64,000 bases of DNA from Minisyncoccota bacterium (GCA_035495115.1 DATJGJ010000007.1:3136-67135); one strand, 5' to 3'; shown: positions 10,613 to 20,790, counted from the first letter of the stretch. Program-made: numbers and translations. Notes: generated from the sequence alone by a model not told the origin.

Positions 10613-10640
10613 AAATGGCGCTCATCTATTGAGCGCCATT
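10613..10640 (-). terminator. Intrinsic terminator downstream of aspS
   Basis: AATGGCGCTCA...TGAGCGCCATT hairpin followed by a T-run on the minus strand. Confidence 0.5.
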
Positions 10641-10643
10641 TTC

Positions 10644-12035
10644 TTATTTACCAAACTTAATCCCCAACTCCCTCAACTGTTTCTGTTCAACTTCAGCAGG
10701 AGCATCCATCATCGGATCACGTCCTTCGCCAGTCTTTGCAAAAGCGATGATTTCGCGAATATTCGGTTCATTTTGGAGGAGCATCATGAGGCGATCAAAG
10801 CCGAAAGCGAGTCCACCATGAGGAGGCGTGCCAGAAGCGAGCGCCTTGAGCATATGACCGAAGTTATTTTCGATGCGTTCAGGTGCATATCCCATCGTCT
10901 CAAAAACTTTGATGAGCGCCTTTGGATCATGGTTACGGATGCCTCCACCGCCAATCTCATATCCATTGAGGACCATGTCATACTGAGCAGCGACGATGCC
11001 GCCGATATCTTTTCCTGCCATGAGATCGGGGATGAACTCAGGTTTTGGCGCTGAGAAAGGATTGTGTGTAAATGTCCAACCTCCCTCCTCTGTCTTTTCA
11101 AAGAAAGGAAAATCGATAACCCAGCAGAAAGCGAGGAGATTTTGATTTTCTTTATCCTTACGGAGATCAGGCTTATCATTGCCATACTTTTCCATAGCTT
11201 CTTTGTACGAAAGGCGTGGGAATGGCACCTGCTGTATTTCTTTTTCTGGGTAAAGCTTCTTGACCAGCTCGATGATCATCTTTTCATTGATAGCCATGAC
11301 GTCCTCTTGGACAACAAAACTCATCTCCAAGTCGATTTGCGTAAACTCAGGCTGACGATCGCCACGAGTGTCTTCATCACGGAAACAGCGTGCGATCTGG
11401 AAATAGCGCTCGAATCCAGCAGACATGAGGAGCTGTTTGTACTGCTGTGGTGACTGAGGGAGCGCGTAGAACTTCCCTTGGTAGAGGCGTGAAGGGATAA
11501 TGTAGTCGCGAGAACCTTCTGGCGTAGACTTCGTCATATACGGAGTTTCAATCTCCGTAAAATTCTCTCCAGTATAAAATTCGCGAATGAACTGGATGGC
11601 TTTCGAACGGTTGCGTATGTTTTTTTGCATGCGCTCACGACGAAGATCTACATAGCGATATTTGAGACGGACTTCTTCATTGATTTCTTTGCCTTCACTT
11701 GAAATATCAAAAGGAGGCGTCTCAGCTTCATTCAATATAACGATCTCAAGTATCTCGAGCTCTATCGTGCCATTCTGCTTGTCTTTTTGGGCATTTCTCT
11801 CAGGACGCTGATTGATCTTGCCTTTCACCTCGACAACCCACTCTGGACGGAGCTTCGAGCCGACTTCGTGTGCTGCTTTTGCATTTGGAAGGATAACGCC
11901 TTGTACTTTGCCCGTAACATCGCGAAAATCAAAGAAAATCAGCTTGCCCTGGTCTCGGCGGATATCCACCCATCCCTTGATGATAACTTCTTGGCCGATA
12001 TGGTTTGCAAGGTCTTTGATGTATGTTCGAGGCAT
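10644..12035 (-). CDS. aspS: Aspartate--tRNA ligase, short archaeal/eukaryal-type without the GAD insertion (probably non-discriminating)
   Basis: N-terminal OB fold; class-II motif 2 FRDEDTRGDRQPEFTQIDLEMSF; motif 3 GGLAFGFDRLMMLL; 463 aa. Confidence 0.8.
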   Translation of the reverse strand: MPRTYIKDLANHIGQEVIIKGWVDIRRDQGKLIFFDFRDVTGKVQGVILPNAKAAHEVGSKLRPEWVVEVKGKINQRPERNAQKDKQNGTIELEILEIVILNEAETPPFDISSEGKEINEEVRLKYRYVDLRRERMQKNIRNRSKAIQFIREFYTGENFTEIETPYMTKSTPEGSRDYIIPSRLYQGKFYALPQSPQQYKQLLMSAGFERYFQIARCFRDEDTRGDRQPEFTQIDLEMSFVVQEDVMAINEKMIIELVKKLYPEKEIQQVPFPRLSYKEAMEKYGNDKPDLRKDKENQNLLAFCWVIDFPFFEKTEEGGWTFTHNPFSAPKPEFIPDLMAGKDIGGIVAAQYDMVLNGYEIGGGGIRNHDPKALIKVFETMGYAPERIENNFGHMLKALASGTPPHGGLAFGFDRLMMLLQNEPNIREIIAFAKTGEGRDPMMDAPAEVEQKQLRELGIKFGK

Positions 12036-12146
12036 ATAGTATGTAATAATTGAGTCAATTAAACGTCTCTAGAGTATAGATTGAATAATCTGAACAATCA
12101 AGCTACACTTATTGTAGCGAGTTATTAATTAACCAATTTCTATTTT

Positions 12147-12896
12147 ATGAAAAATAAACATTTAGCTCTATTACTTACCGCACTCATCATCACTGGGGGC
12201 TCATCGATTGTATCTGCAAAAGGCGCTTCCGCTGCTCTTGATACGAGTGTCGCTGTTGGCGATGGTATCAAAGTCACAGGTATCAATGTAAATGCTGACG
12301 CAAACGTAAAAGTTAATGCTGATGCTCAGATGGAGACAGACGACAGATACGGAGCACGCGCATCGGCCTCAAACTCAACAAGCGCAAATGCAACCGGTAC
12401 ATGGATGAGAAATAACAACGATGATTCAGCTTCAACTTCTGATAATGACAATAACAGTGACAACGACAACAATCGTTCATCTGGAGATGAACACCGCAGT
12501 GTTGTTGCGACTTTTGTCCACTCACTTCTAGATGTCGCTGACCGTGAAGGCGGTATCGGCGCTCAAGTACGCGCGATAGCTATGACTCAAAATAACGCTG
12601 CCACAACGACAGCTTCTGCGATGGCACAGGTAGACAGCCGCAGTAGTCTCAAGACCTTCTTGTTCGGTACAGATTACAAGAATATCGGCAAGATCCGTGC
12701 TGAAATCGCTACAACTACAAAGACTCTCGAACAATTGAAGGCGCTTCTCGCAAGCACTACAAATGTTTCAGACCGGGCAGAACTCAGTGCTCAGATCAAT
12801 GCTCTCCAAGCAGAACAAGTACGTGTACAAGCGTATGTAAAAGCACATGAAGATACATTCAGTCTCTTCGGTTGGCTCAACAAGTTGTTCCAATAA
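12147..12896 (+). CDS. Hypothetical secreted low-complexity (N/D/S-rich) protein with a C-terminal coiled coil
   Basis: Signal peptide, DNDNNSDNDNN repeats, coiled-coil C-terminus. Confidence 0.45.
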   Translation: MKNKHLALLLTALIITGGSSIVSAKGASAALDTSVAVGDGIKVTGINVNADANVKVNADAQMETDDRYGARASASNSTSANATGTWMRNNNDDSASTSDNDNNSDNDNNRSSGDEHRSVVATFVHSLLDVADREGGIGAQVRAIAMTQNNAATTTASAMAQVDSRSSLKTFLFGTDYKNIGKIRAEIATTTKTLEQLKALLASTTNVSDRAELSAQINALQAEQVRVQAYVKAHEDTFSLFGWLNKLFQ

Positions 12897-12931
12897 GCTT
12901 TAACAGCTTTCATTCGCGAACGTAGATAAAC

Positions 12932-12960
12932 AAAAAACGCCTCATAAAGAGGTGTTTTTT
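12932..12960. terminator. Bidirectional intrinsic terminator
   Basis: AAAAAACGCCTC-ATAAA-GAGGTGTTTTTT between converging genes. Confidence 0.6.
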
Positions 12961-12974
12961 GTTTAATTGATGTT

Positions 12975-15278
12975 CTATTTAAGTTTTTTGGTTTTAAGTC
13001 GAAGAGAGTTTGTAACTACTGAGACGCTGCTGCCTGCCATAGCAAGTCCAGCGAATATTGGATTGAGTACAATCCCCCAGATCGGATACAGAAGCCCGGC
13101 TGCTATCGGTATACCAATAACATTATAGATAAATGCCCAAAATAGGTTCTGCTTCACCGTCTTCATGGTCGCGCGCGATAGCTCAAACGCTTGAGAGAGC
13201 TTGCTAATATCCCCATGGAGCAAAGTTATGCCCGCCGACTCAATCGCAATGTCTGTTCCAGTGGCCATTGCGATACCTACATCTGCTTGCACGAGCGCTG
13301 GCGCATCGTTAATACCATCGCCAGCCATAGCAACTTTTCTGCCTTCGTCTTGAAGTGCTTTGATCTTCCCAGCTTTTTCTGCTGGCAAAACTTCCGCGAT
13401 GACCGTATCAATACCTGCTTGTTTGGCAATATATTGAGCGGCGAGATGGTTGTCACCTGTGAGCATGACGACTTTGATTCCTCTTTTGTTGAGCTTTGCT
13501 ATTGCCTCTACCGCTTCAGTCTTCAACGTATCGCTCAAAGCAATGAGTCCGACAATCTCTTTATCGACTTCAACCACAACAACGGTCTTGCCCTGCTCTT
13601 GAAGCGCTTTTAGTTTATCAATGTGTGAGGACTCGCTTCTACCTGGCTTATGGATATATATTTCTTGATTTCCAAAAGTTGCCTTCACACCAACCCCATC
13701 CAAAGCGACGAAATTTACCGCCTTCTCGATTGTGATTTTTCTTTCAAGCGCCTTGGCGACGATCGATTCTGCTAATGGGTGCTCTGAGAGCTTTTCTATG
13801 CTGGCAGTGACTTGGAGCAGACGAGATTCATCCCACGCTACATTAAGAATAATAATATCCGTCACCTCAGGTTTTCCTTTTGTGATTGTTCCTGTTTTAT
13901 CGAGAACGATAGTATCTACTTTGCTCAGCTTCTCGAGGGCCTCAGCGTTCTTTATCAAAATGCCATACTCAGCCCCTTTGCCGACCCCAACGATAATAGC
14001 AGTCGGTGTAGCGAGACCGAGCGCACACGGGCAAGCGATAACGAGTATGCCGACAAATGAGAGGATGCCGTATGATAATGCCACAGAAAAACCGAGAACG
14101 GCCGTACCAACGGTTAGCCAGACGAGTAGCGTAAGCAGCGCTATGCCGAGAACAACCGGCACAAATATGCTCGAGATCTTGTCAGCAAGCGCTTGAATGG
14201 GCGCTTTTGAGCCTTGAGCCTCCTCAACCATGCGTATGATCTGAGACAAGACCGTGTCAGACCCGATCTTAATTGCGCTCAATCGGATATTTCCTTGTTT
14301 ATTGATTGTTGCACCAACAACAAGATCGCCAGCTTTCTTATCGACAGGTATCGGTTCGCCAGTGATCATAGATTCATCGATTGATGACAATCCTTCTATG
14401 ATCTTTCCATCTACAGGAATCTTTGCCCCAGGTCTAACGATGATGATATCGCCAATCTTAACTTCGCTTACAGGTATCTCTTGCTCGACACCGTCTCTAA
14501 AAACAAGAGCTGTTTTTGCCTGCAATCCAATGAGCTTTTCTATCGCTTCGCCTGTATGTAATTTTGAACGTGCTTCGAGATATTTGCCGAATATGACAAA
14601 GCCTATAACAACGATAGTCACATCAAAATAGGTGTATTCAGGTAAATTCAGTGCCAGACGAACTTGTGGCAACAAAGTGATAATGACACTATAGCTATAT
14701 GCTGTGAGCGTGCCTATACCAATCAGTGTATCCATATTGGCTACGCGGTACTTTATGAAGCGAACCACACCCTGTAAGAACGGCTGACCGATCCAGAACA
14801 TGACAACGGTGGCGAGCACGAGGCCGAAGGCATTAAATATTTCCATTGAAATCGGAAGCTTCGGTATGAATGAGAGCGTCTTTGAACCTATATCCCAAAG
14901 CATAAAGATAAATACAATAAGTGCAACTGGCAGCACGAATCTGATCTTATTTTTCATGCGGGTAAGTTCCTGTATCTTTTCATCTTTTGTTTGATTCAAG
15001 CCAAGGTGCTTGGCATGGTCTTCCGGAGACATATTCATCGACTCAGCGGTCGACCCATGTGGCGCTGAGCTATCAGCGAACTCATACCCAAGCTTTTTAA
15101 TCTCAACGTTCATTTTTTGGACATCGACTTTGTCTTGGTCGAACTCTAGTTGCACCTTTTCTGTTGCAACATTCACGTTTACTGATTTAATACCATCAAG
15201 CTTTGATATCTTTTGGGTTATGATCGCGGCACAGCTTGCACAATGCATTCCTATAACTTGTAGTGTTTTTTTAATCAT
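12975..15278 (-). CDS. copA: Copper-translocating P1B-type ATPase
   Basis: N-terminal HMA (GMHCASCAA), CPC motif ([11 protein letters not shown]), DKTGTIT phosphorylation site, [10 protein letters not shown]. Confidence 0.9.
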   Translation of the reverse strand: MIKKTLQVIGMHCASCAAIITQKISKLDGIKSVNVNVATEKVQLEFDQDKVDVQKMNVEIKKLGYEFADSSAPHGSTAESMNMSPEDHAKHLGLNQTKDEKIQELTRMKNKIRFVLPVALIVFIFMLWDIGSKTLSFIPKLPISMEIFNAFGLVLATVVMFWIGQPFLQGVVRFIKYRVANMDTLIGIGTLTAYSYSVIITLLPQVRLALNLPEYTYFDVTIVVIGFVIFGKYLEARSKLHTGEAIEKLIGLQAKTALVFRDGVEQEIPVSEVKIGDIIIVRPGAKIPVDGKIIEGLSSIDESMITGEPIPVDKKAGDLVVGATINKQGNIRLSAIKIGSDTVLSQIIRMVEEAQGSKAPIQALADKISSIFVPVVLGIALLTLLVWLTVGTAVLGFSVALSYGILSFVGILVIACPCALGLATPTAIIVGVGKGAEYGILIKNAEALEKLSKVDTIVLDKTGTITKGKPEVTDIIILNVAWDESRLLQVTASIEKLSEHPLAESIVAKALERKITIEKAVNFVALDGVGVKATFGNQEIYIHKPGRSESSHIDKLKALQEQGKTVVVVEVDKEIVGLIALSDTLKTEAVEAIAKLNKRGIKVVMLTGDNHLAAQYIAKQAGIDTVIAEVLPAEKAGKIKALQDEGRKVAMAGDGINDAPALVQADVGIAMATGTDIAIESAGITLLHGDISKLSQAFELSRATMKTVKQNLFWAFIYNVIGIPIAAGLLYPIWGIVLNPIFAGLAMAGSSVSVVTNSLRLKTKKLK

Positions 15279-15296
15279 ATTTTTATAGTCAGATAA

Positions 15297-16667
15297 TTAA
15301 TCGATAACATTGAAAACACCTCTATACATGCCCATCGAGCAGGTAAAGCGCATTTGTCCGGTCTGCGTCGGTGTAAACTCGATGGTGTTCTCTCCAAGCT
15401 TGAGGGGCTGAGCAATATTTGCAGACGGCATAGAGATATACGCAGCGCAAGTGAACTGGCTTTCACTAGTGATTTTCCATACGACTGGTATGCCCTTTTT
15501 TATCGTGAACTGATTTGGGCTGTAGCCGGCTATTTGTTGAGTCATGTAGACCATCTGCTTACCATTTACGATTTCAACAGGTTTTTTTGAAGAACCGCCG
15601 ACGCTCTCCGCGATCGACCCGAATGAAGGCAGCGAAGGCAATGACCAGCCAGTCAGATTGAAGCCAGTAGTCATATTGAAGAATGCGAGCACAATAACGA
15701 CGATGCCTGCGAACTTGAAGAAATGACGCGCGAAGCTGCCACGGATAGCCGAGGTGAGCCCGCCAATGCCTATGATGCCCGGTAGCGTCCCGAGAGCGAA
15801 TAATCCCATTATCAGCGCCCCTTGGGCGAAGCTGCCTGTGCTGATAGCATAGAGCTGCATCGCCTGCGTAAAGCCGCACGGGACGAAAAATGTCAAAGCT
15901 CCCGTGATGAATGATCCGCGATGGCTATATTCTTTCGTACCTGTATTCAAGCCGAAAAATGCTGCGATGCTTTTCGGCAGAACTAGTCCCTTATTTTGAA
16001 GCCGAGGAAATATCTCGATCAATTTGAGCCCGAGGATGAGCATAACGAATCCCAATATCATCGTTAGGGTGCCGAGCACTGGCGAGGAAAGCTTGAATGC
16101 GGACCCCAATATGCCGATAAGGCCGCCGAGCAGCGCATACGAAACCAACCTTCCTAGATTAAAGAATATATGAGGTCGAAACTTTTCTCCTGTTGTAGCG
16201 TCTGGGTGCAGCTCAGCGTGTCGTGATGATATGCCGAGCACAAGTCCGCCAATGAGTGCCATACATGTCGAGATGCCTGCCGTAAGCCCGATAAGAAGCA
16301 CGCCGACAAGCCCTGGCGTTCCGTCCAAATTTAGATTTAGATCAAACACGCCGAACGTTCGCAAGATTATATATGAAAGGAATACAAGGCATCCTGCGAC
16401 TGCCAGCTCAGCGTAGTCTTTTGCATTCCTTGAGAAAAAATGTTTTTTATCTTCGATTCCGAGCGTATATCCGGCATTATTGATGGCCTTTTCTATATCA
16501 CGCATATGTGGCTCATCGCCAAAATACTCGATCTCAGTAGTACCTTTCTTGTAATGTGTTGCAACTTTTTTTATTCCATGAACTTCACCTATACTCTGGT
16601 CGAGAATAATCTCACATGAACGACAATGCATCCCTTTGATTTGTAATACGATTTTTTTGTGCGCCAT
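15297..16667 (-). CDS. HMA-domain membrane protein (DsbD_2/TauE-like permease core) with a C-terminal cupredoxin-like domain
   Basis: N-terminal GMHCRSCE metal-binding motif, central polytopic TM region, C-terminal beta-rich domain with a C..M.M motif; lies between csoR and copA. Confidence 0.55.
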   Translation of the reverse strand: MAHKKIVLQIKGMHCRSCEIILDQSIGEVHGIKKVATHYKKGTTEIEYFGDEPHMRDIEKAINNAGYTLGIEDKKHFFSRNAKDYAELAVAGCLVFLSYIILRTFGVFDLNLNLDGTPGLVGVLLIGLTAGISTCMALIGGLVLGISSRHAELHPDATTGEKFRPHIFFNLGRLVSYALLGGLIGILGSAFKLSSPVLGTLTMILGFVMLILGLKLIEIFPRLQNKGLVLPKSIAAFFGLNTGTKEYSHRGSFITGALTFFVPCGFTQAMQLYAISTGSFAQGALIMGLFALGTLPGIIGIGGLTSAIRGSFARHFFKFAGIVVIVLAFFNMTTGFNLTGWSLPSLPSFGSIAESVGGSSKKPVEIVNGKQMVYMTQQIAGYSPNQFTIKKGIPVVWKITSESQFTCAAYISMPSANIAQPLKLGENTIEFTPTQTGQMRFTCSMGMYRGVFNVID

Positions 16668-16678
16668 GGGTATATGAT

Positions 16679-16945
16679 TTACTTTTGAGCTAACTTATAA
16701 ATCTTAAGTATCTCTGCAACAGCCTTTTTTTCTTCACCACTATTGATCTGCTCAGTTACGTGGGTTTCAAGGTGATTTTGTAAGATCAAATTTCCGACGC
16801 CTGAAAGCGCCTCGCGGACCGCTTCGACCTGTGTGATAATGTCAACGCAATATTTTTCCTGTTCGACCATGTCTTGGATACCCCGAACTTGCCCAGCAAC
16901 TATGGAAAGCCGGCGTTTTGCTGAATTTTTAATATCAATTTTCAT
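16679..16945 (-). CDS. csoR: CsoR/RcnR-family copper-sensing transcriptional repressor
   Basis: 88 aa with the conserved C..H..C pattern (KYCVDIITQV...LQNHLETHV); first gene of a Cu operon. Confidence 0.8.
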   Translation of the reverse strand: MKIDIKNSAKRRLSIVAGQVRGIQDMVEQEKYCVDIITQVEAVREALSGVGNLILQNHLETHVTEQINSGEEKKAVAEILKIYKLAQK

Positions 16946-16948
16946 AAG

Positions 16949-16982
16949 GGTAGTATACCCCTAGGGGGTATACTACGTCAAG
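16949..16982 (-). promoter_or_regulatory. Putative CsoR operator overlapping a sigma70-like promoter (TTGACG-18-TATACT) of the csoR-copA operon
   Basis: Near-perfect GC-core palindrome TAGTATACCCC-TAG-GGGGTATACTA at 16951-16975, 6 nt upstream of the csoR start; resembles known CsoR operators (ATACCC...GGGTAT). Confidence 0.6.
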
Positions 16983-17027
16983 TGCAAAAAACAGGTATAG
17001 AAAAACACCAAAACGACCTGTTACGTT

Positions 17028-18035
17028 TTATTTGTCGCTATTGTCATTCCCCCTATTTATATTTTTTAGCTTCCCCAGCTCGAGCCCGCGATCGATTGAG
17101 ATAGATGCCTCTTGAGCCTTTTTCTCTGACACATTGATTAGCACATCAGCTGCTGCATCATTATGTTTTGAATAGCTATCTTCTGCTTGATTGAGATTGC
17201 TTTGAGCATTTTGGATCGATGTTGAAGCCGTATTCAAGATATCGCGCTCAAAGGAGTCATTTGAAGCGTGGATCTGTATATTAGCTTGTATCTTTTGATC
17301 TGTTTCTTGTATCACCTTCTGAACCTTATTTTTCCTTTCAGGAAATTCGTTTTTACCAGTATTCAACGGAATAATGACTTTTACAGATGTGGTAGAAGAG
17401 TCAGCATTATCTTCGTTGTTACCAAGCTTATCTTTGCTCTGATTGATTGCATGCTCAATGTCTGCAATATGGGACTTCTGGTCGTTTGAAGAATGGTCTT
17501 TTATAGACTGCAAGACAGTAGCATGAGCCGCGAGTGTTATGTCCAATTGATCTTTGTTTCTATGAGAAAGGCTTGTATTCAACGCACGAACTTGCACATC
17601 CACCGCCTCGCCCAAATCGCTCGCAGTTGTGCTTGCAAGTCGTCCCTGCACCGCCAAGGTCTCCGCCTCTTTAAGTCTCTCTTCTACTTGAGCGACTTGA
17701 ATTTTTTGTCTTTCTTCAGCATTGAGAGCTAAAGCAACTTTGATGGGCTCTGAAACATGTATTTTTACGGGATACAGCACATCACCCGGCAATGCTGATT
17801 CGCTTGCGAACACAGTTGTGCCTCCAGCGAGGAGCATAATCAAAAAGCTCGCTAGAACGTATGACAATGGTCTATTGAAATGGCGCGTCCAAATAGAGAT
17901 AGAGTATGGACTTTTGACTGATGGATTTGAATCAGCGTACCAGTTGAGCACATCGAAAAGCGTCGCCTTTTCTTTTGGAGTAAGGGAAATTTTTTTAATA
18001 TCTTCTATTGTATTTTTAATAGTATTGTCTTTCAT
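17028..18035 (-). CDS. Putative anti-sigma factor / membrane-anchored coiled-coil protein cotranscribed with the ECF sigma
   Basis: Starts 6 nt after the sigma stop; cytoplasmic N-terminus, one TM (LSYVLASFLIMLLAGG), extracytoplasmic coiled-coil region. Confidence 0.4.
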   Translation of the reverse strand: MKDNTIKNTIEDIKKISLTPKEKATLFDVLNWYADSNPSVKSPYSISIWTRHFNRPLSYVLASFLIMLLAGGTTVFASESALPGDVLYPVKIHVSEPIKVALALNAEERQKIQVAQVEERLKEAETLAVQGRLASTTASDLGEAVDVQVRALNTSLSHRNKDQLDITLAAHATVLQSIKDHSSNDQKSHIADIEHAINQSKDKLGNNEDNADSSTTSVKVIIPLNTGKNEFPERKNKVQKVIQETDQKIQANIQIHASNDSFERDILNTASTSIQNAQSNLNQAEDSYSKHNDAAADVLINVSEKKAQEASISIDRGLELGKLKNINRGNDNSDK

Positions 18036-18040
18036 GTGAT

Positions 18041-18571
18041 TTATTCTCGTGGTATATCGTACCCGGTCATCTTCCGTAATTCCTCAAGTGCTCTAAATAT
18101 ACGAACGGACACAGCATTTTCTTGGATATTAAGGATTTGTGCTATCTCTTTTGGTTTCAAATCTTCAATATATTTAAAATAAAGAACTTGCTGCGAGGTG
18201 TGCGGGAGAGATTTGATCTTATCGAGCAAGAACCGACTTTCTGTGTTCATCTCGAGCGCCCCCTTAGCATTATCTTCTACAAGAGCAAACTCTTCAGGGT
18301 CTTCGTTGTCTTCCTGAAGCTCTTCGAGCGAAATGGCTTTTTTCTTTCTATACCAATCAATGATGCTGTTGCGAGCTATAGTGAAAAGGAATGCCTTATC
18401 ATTCAAGACACTTGTCCCTTTGATCAAACTATCCCAATAGCGCATAAATACATCTTGCGTGATATCTATAGCCACATTTCGGTCAGACACTCGTAAAAAA
18501 CAGAATCGAAATATCGAATCCGAATGCTCGTTATATACTTTTACAAATCGGTCTTTCACTCGAGTGTTCAT
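18041..18571 (-). CDS. RNA polymerase ECF-type sigma-70 factor
   Basis: Region 2 (DITQDVFMRYW) and region 4 HTH (PKEIAQILNIQENAVSVRIFRA). Confidence 0.85.
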   Translation of the reverse strand: MNTRVKDRFVKVYNEHSDSIFRFCFLRVSDRNVAIDITQDVFMRYWDSLIKGTSVLNDKAFLFTIARNSIIDWYRKKKAISLEELQEDNEDPEEFALVEDNAKGALEMNTESRFLLDKIKSLPHTSQQVLYFKYIEDLKPKEIAQILNIQENAVSVRIFRALEELRKMTGYDIPRE

Positions 18572-18781
18572 TGATTAAGACGTACCAATAAGCGAAATCT
18601 TACCTCTGATTCGGTCATAAAAACCCTTACAAATCATCAGTGATAACCCAATGATACAACGCATAAAGATGTATGTCTAGGTAATATACGGCTATACTCA
18701 ACGTCACCCTTGGTGTGAGAAAAGGTCGCATGGTACATAATGATGTACCTTTTATTAACCCTAATATCAATAATCAAAAAT

Positions 18782-20086
18782 ATGAAATTTTATTCAAAAG
18801 TAATCACCTTCACGAGCAGCGTTGCTCTGGTCGCATCTCTCGCTTTGTCGCCAATCTTTGCATATGCAAAAGATAATGGTAAAGGCAATAACGACAATGA
18901 GAACAGAGGTCCAAAATCTACGTTGAGCGTACAGCAGAATGTACAAAGCTCTACATCAGCAAAAGTAGAAAAGGACGAGCAGGATAACGATAACGACAAT
19001 CAGAAATCAAACGATACTGGTTGTTTGCGCGCGTTCGGACACCTTATCGCCCCTGGTTGGATCAAGCATAACGGACAGCTCTCTATCGGAAGCGAATGTA
19101 ATCTTCCTTTCGGTATTGGCCAGAAGTTCGGTGGAGACCACCCTACCACCACTCCGCCAGTAGTCGATACTACGGCTCCTATTATCAGCTCATTCACCAT
19201 CAACCCACTTGTGAATAGTGCAATCGTTCATTGGACAACTAATGAGCGCTCAAACAGCACCGTGTTCTACAGCACCACGAACCCAGTTGACGTGAATGCG
19301 AGCGGCACTATGTCAGTATCGCTCAGTCCTCTTGTCATGAATCACTGGATAACCCTCAAATCGCTCGCTTCAAGCACGACATACTATGTTGTCGTTCGTT
19401 CAAGTGACGCTTCGGGCAATACAGCGACATCATCGCAGGCATCATTCACAACTCTCGCTTCAGCAGGAACAACTGACACCAAAGCGCCTGTTATCAGTAA
19501 TATCGTATCGGTTACTGGAACTACGAGTGCACAGATCGGTTGGGTGACAGATGAGTACGCAACATCAAAAGTGTACTACTCAAGCTCATCAACAATTGAT
19601 GTAACGTCAGCAAGCACAACGTTTGTTGAGAAGACATCTCTTGATAAAAACCACCTGGTAAGCATCACCGGACTAAACGCAAGCAGTACATACTACTTCA
19701 TCGTTGAATCAGCAGATGCTTCAGGAAATACATCACGATCAGCCGTATTTTCTGCAACGACTGGCGCGATAGTGCCTGTGGTTGATACAACAGCCCCAGT
19801 CATTTCAAGCGCCCTCGCAGTAGTTGGCAGCACATCAGTGCAGCTCTCATGGAATACAAATGAGAATGCTACAACGAAAGCCTACTACGCTACATCAACT
19901 CCCGTTAATGTAAATGCAAGTACGACAGCATTCGTTGAAAGCACTGCACTTACGACAGTTCACGCACTTCCTGTCACTGGCCTCGCTACAAGTACACAAT
20001 ATTACATGGTACTTGAGTCAAAGGACGCATCAGGAAACACGAGTCGTTCAGCTGAATTCACCTTTACAACATCTTCGGGTTTGTAA
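18782..20086 (+). CDS. Secreted protein with three tandem Fn3-like domains
   Basis: Signal peptide MKFYSKVITFTSSVALVASLALSPIFAYA; three ~102-aa repeats each ending ...SSTYYxVVxSxDASGNTxxSxxxxFTT. Confidence 0.6.
   Translation: MKFYSKVITFTSSVALVASLALSPIFAYAKDNGKGNNDNENRGPKSTLSVQQNVQSSTSAKVEKDEQDNDNDNQKSNDTGCLRAFGHLIAPGWIKHNGQLSIGSECNLPFGIGQKFGGDHPTTTPPVVDTTAPIISSFTINPLVNSAIVHWTTNERSNSTVFYSTTNPVDVNASGTMSVSLSPLVMNHWITLKSLASSTTYYVVVRSSDASGNTATSSQASFTTLASAGTTDTKAPVISNIVSVTGTTSAQIGWVTDEYATSKVYYSSSSTIDVTSASTTFVEKTSLDKNHLVSITGLNASSTYYFIVESADASGNTSRSAVFSATTGAIVPVVDTTAPVISSALAVVGSTSVQLSWNTNENATTKAYYATSTPVNVNASTTAFVESTALTTVHALPVTGLATSTQYYMVLESKDASGNTSRSAEFTFTTSSGL
19160..20083 (+). repeat. Three tandem ~306-bp intragenic repeats encoding the Fn3-like modules
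   Basis: Repeated peptide modules APxISS...GW.T.E.ATSKVYY...SSTYY...DASGNTS seen in the translation. Confidence 0.6.
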
Positions 20087-20127
20087 TAGTGATTCGCGGT
20101 ACGCGGTACACAACTAAATAATGAGAC

Positions 20128-20154
20128 TAAAAGCCCTTTACTAAAGGGCTTTTA
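20128..20154. terminator. Intrinsic terminator (perfect palindrome AAAAGCCCTTTA-C-TAAAGGGCTTTT)
   Basis: Stem-loop with flanking A/T runs after the Fn3 gene. Confidence 0.6.
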
Positions 20155-20229
20155 GTGTTGTTGACTATATATATAAAATATGTTACTTTGCAAAAGAACG
20201 CTCACAAACTTTAACCAAAGGAATGATCT

Positions 20230-20790
20230 ATGATAACTATTGCGAATGGACATGAACTCGTAAGCGCCAGGCTTACACCGCTGACTAACCTGAAACCCCT
20301 CACTCACCCATACTCGATCGAGCATCTTGAGCGAGTCCAACAACCCATACACGAGTTTACCTACCCTGATAAACATCCCATTGATCTCCACGTAGTCAAC
20401 GCACCGCACTATACAATCACATTCACTGCCGGCGGTCATCGCAAGACATCTGGCACAGTGTGTATCAACTTCCTGTCTAGCTTGCACTCGTTTATCGGAC
20501 CAGAACCGCACCGCCAATTGACCAAGCTCAGAATCATCTCAGCTTCATACCGCAACTTAGATGATGTTCTGTTACCGTTAGTTTTCTTTGAATTCGAACG
20601 GCCAGGCGGTTGCGTCATCTCAGGCGAGACTGTGAGTTCTGTTAATGGTGGGCAAGGCGAAATGGAACTACTGAAAGGCATCTTCGACAGGCTCTCGCGC
20701 ATGTTCGGCGTCCGCATTCAGGAGGTCACCGCCGGAACTCCCATTAACCTCGATGAACTTTACATGAAGAGGCCGTTGATGGCAGTCTAA
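20230..20790 (+). CDS. Hypothetical protein in a GC-elevated segment
   Basis: 186-aa ORF with a good RBS (AAGGAA-N8-ATG); local GC about 50% versus about 41% in flanks; the antisense ORF 20152-20517 is judged spurious. Confidence 0.4.
   Translation: MITIANGHELVSARLTPLTNLKPLTHPYSIEHLERVQQPIHEFTYPDKHPIDLHVVNAPHYTITFTAGGHRKTSGTVCINFLSSLHSFIGPEPHRQLTKLRIISASYRNLDDVLLPLVFFEFERPGGCVISGETVSSVNGGQGEMELLKGIFDRLSRMFGVRIQEVTAGTPINLDELYMKRPLMAV

Noticed and set aside
20152-20517. 121-aa minus-strand ORF antisense to the 20230-20790 gene
   Set aside because: It overlaps a plus-strand ORF that has an RBS and promoter; there is no start context; probably non-coding. Confidence is only moderate because the whole segment is compositionally atypical
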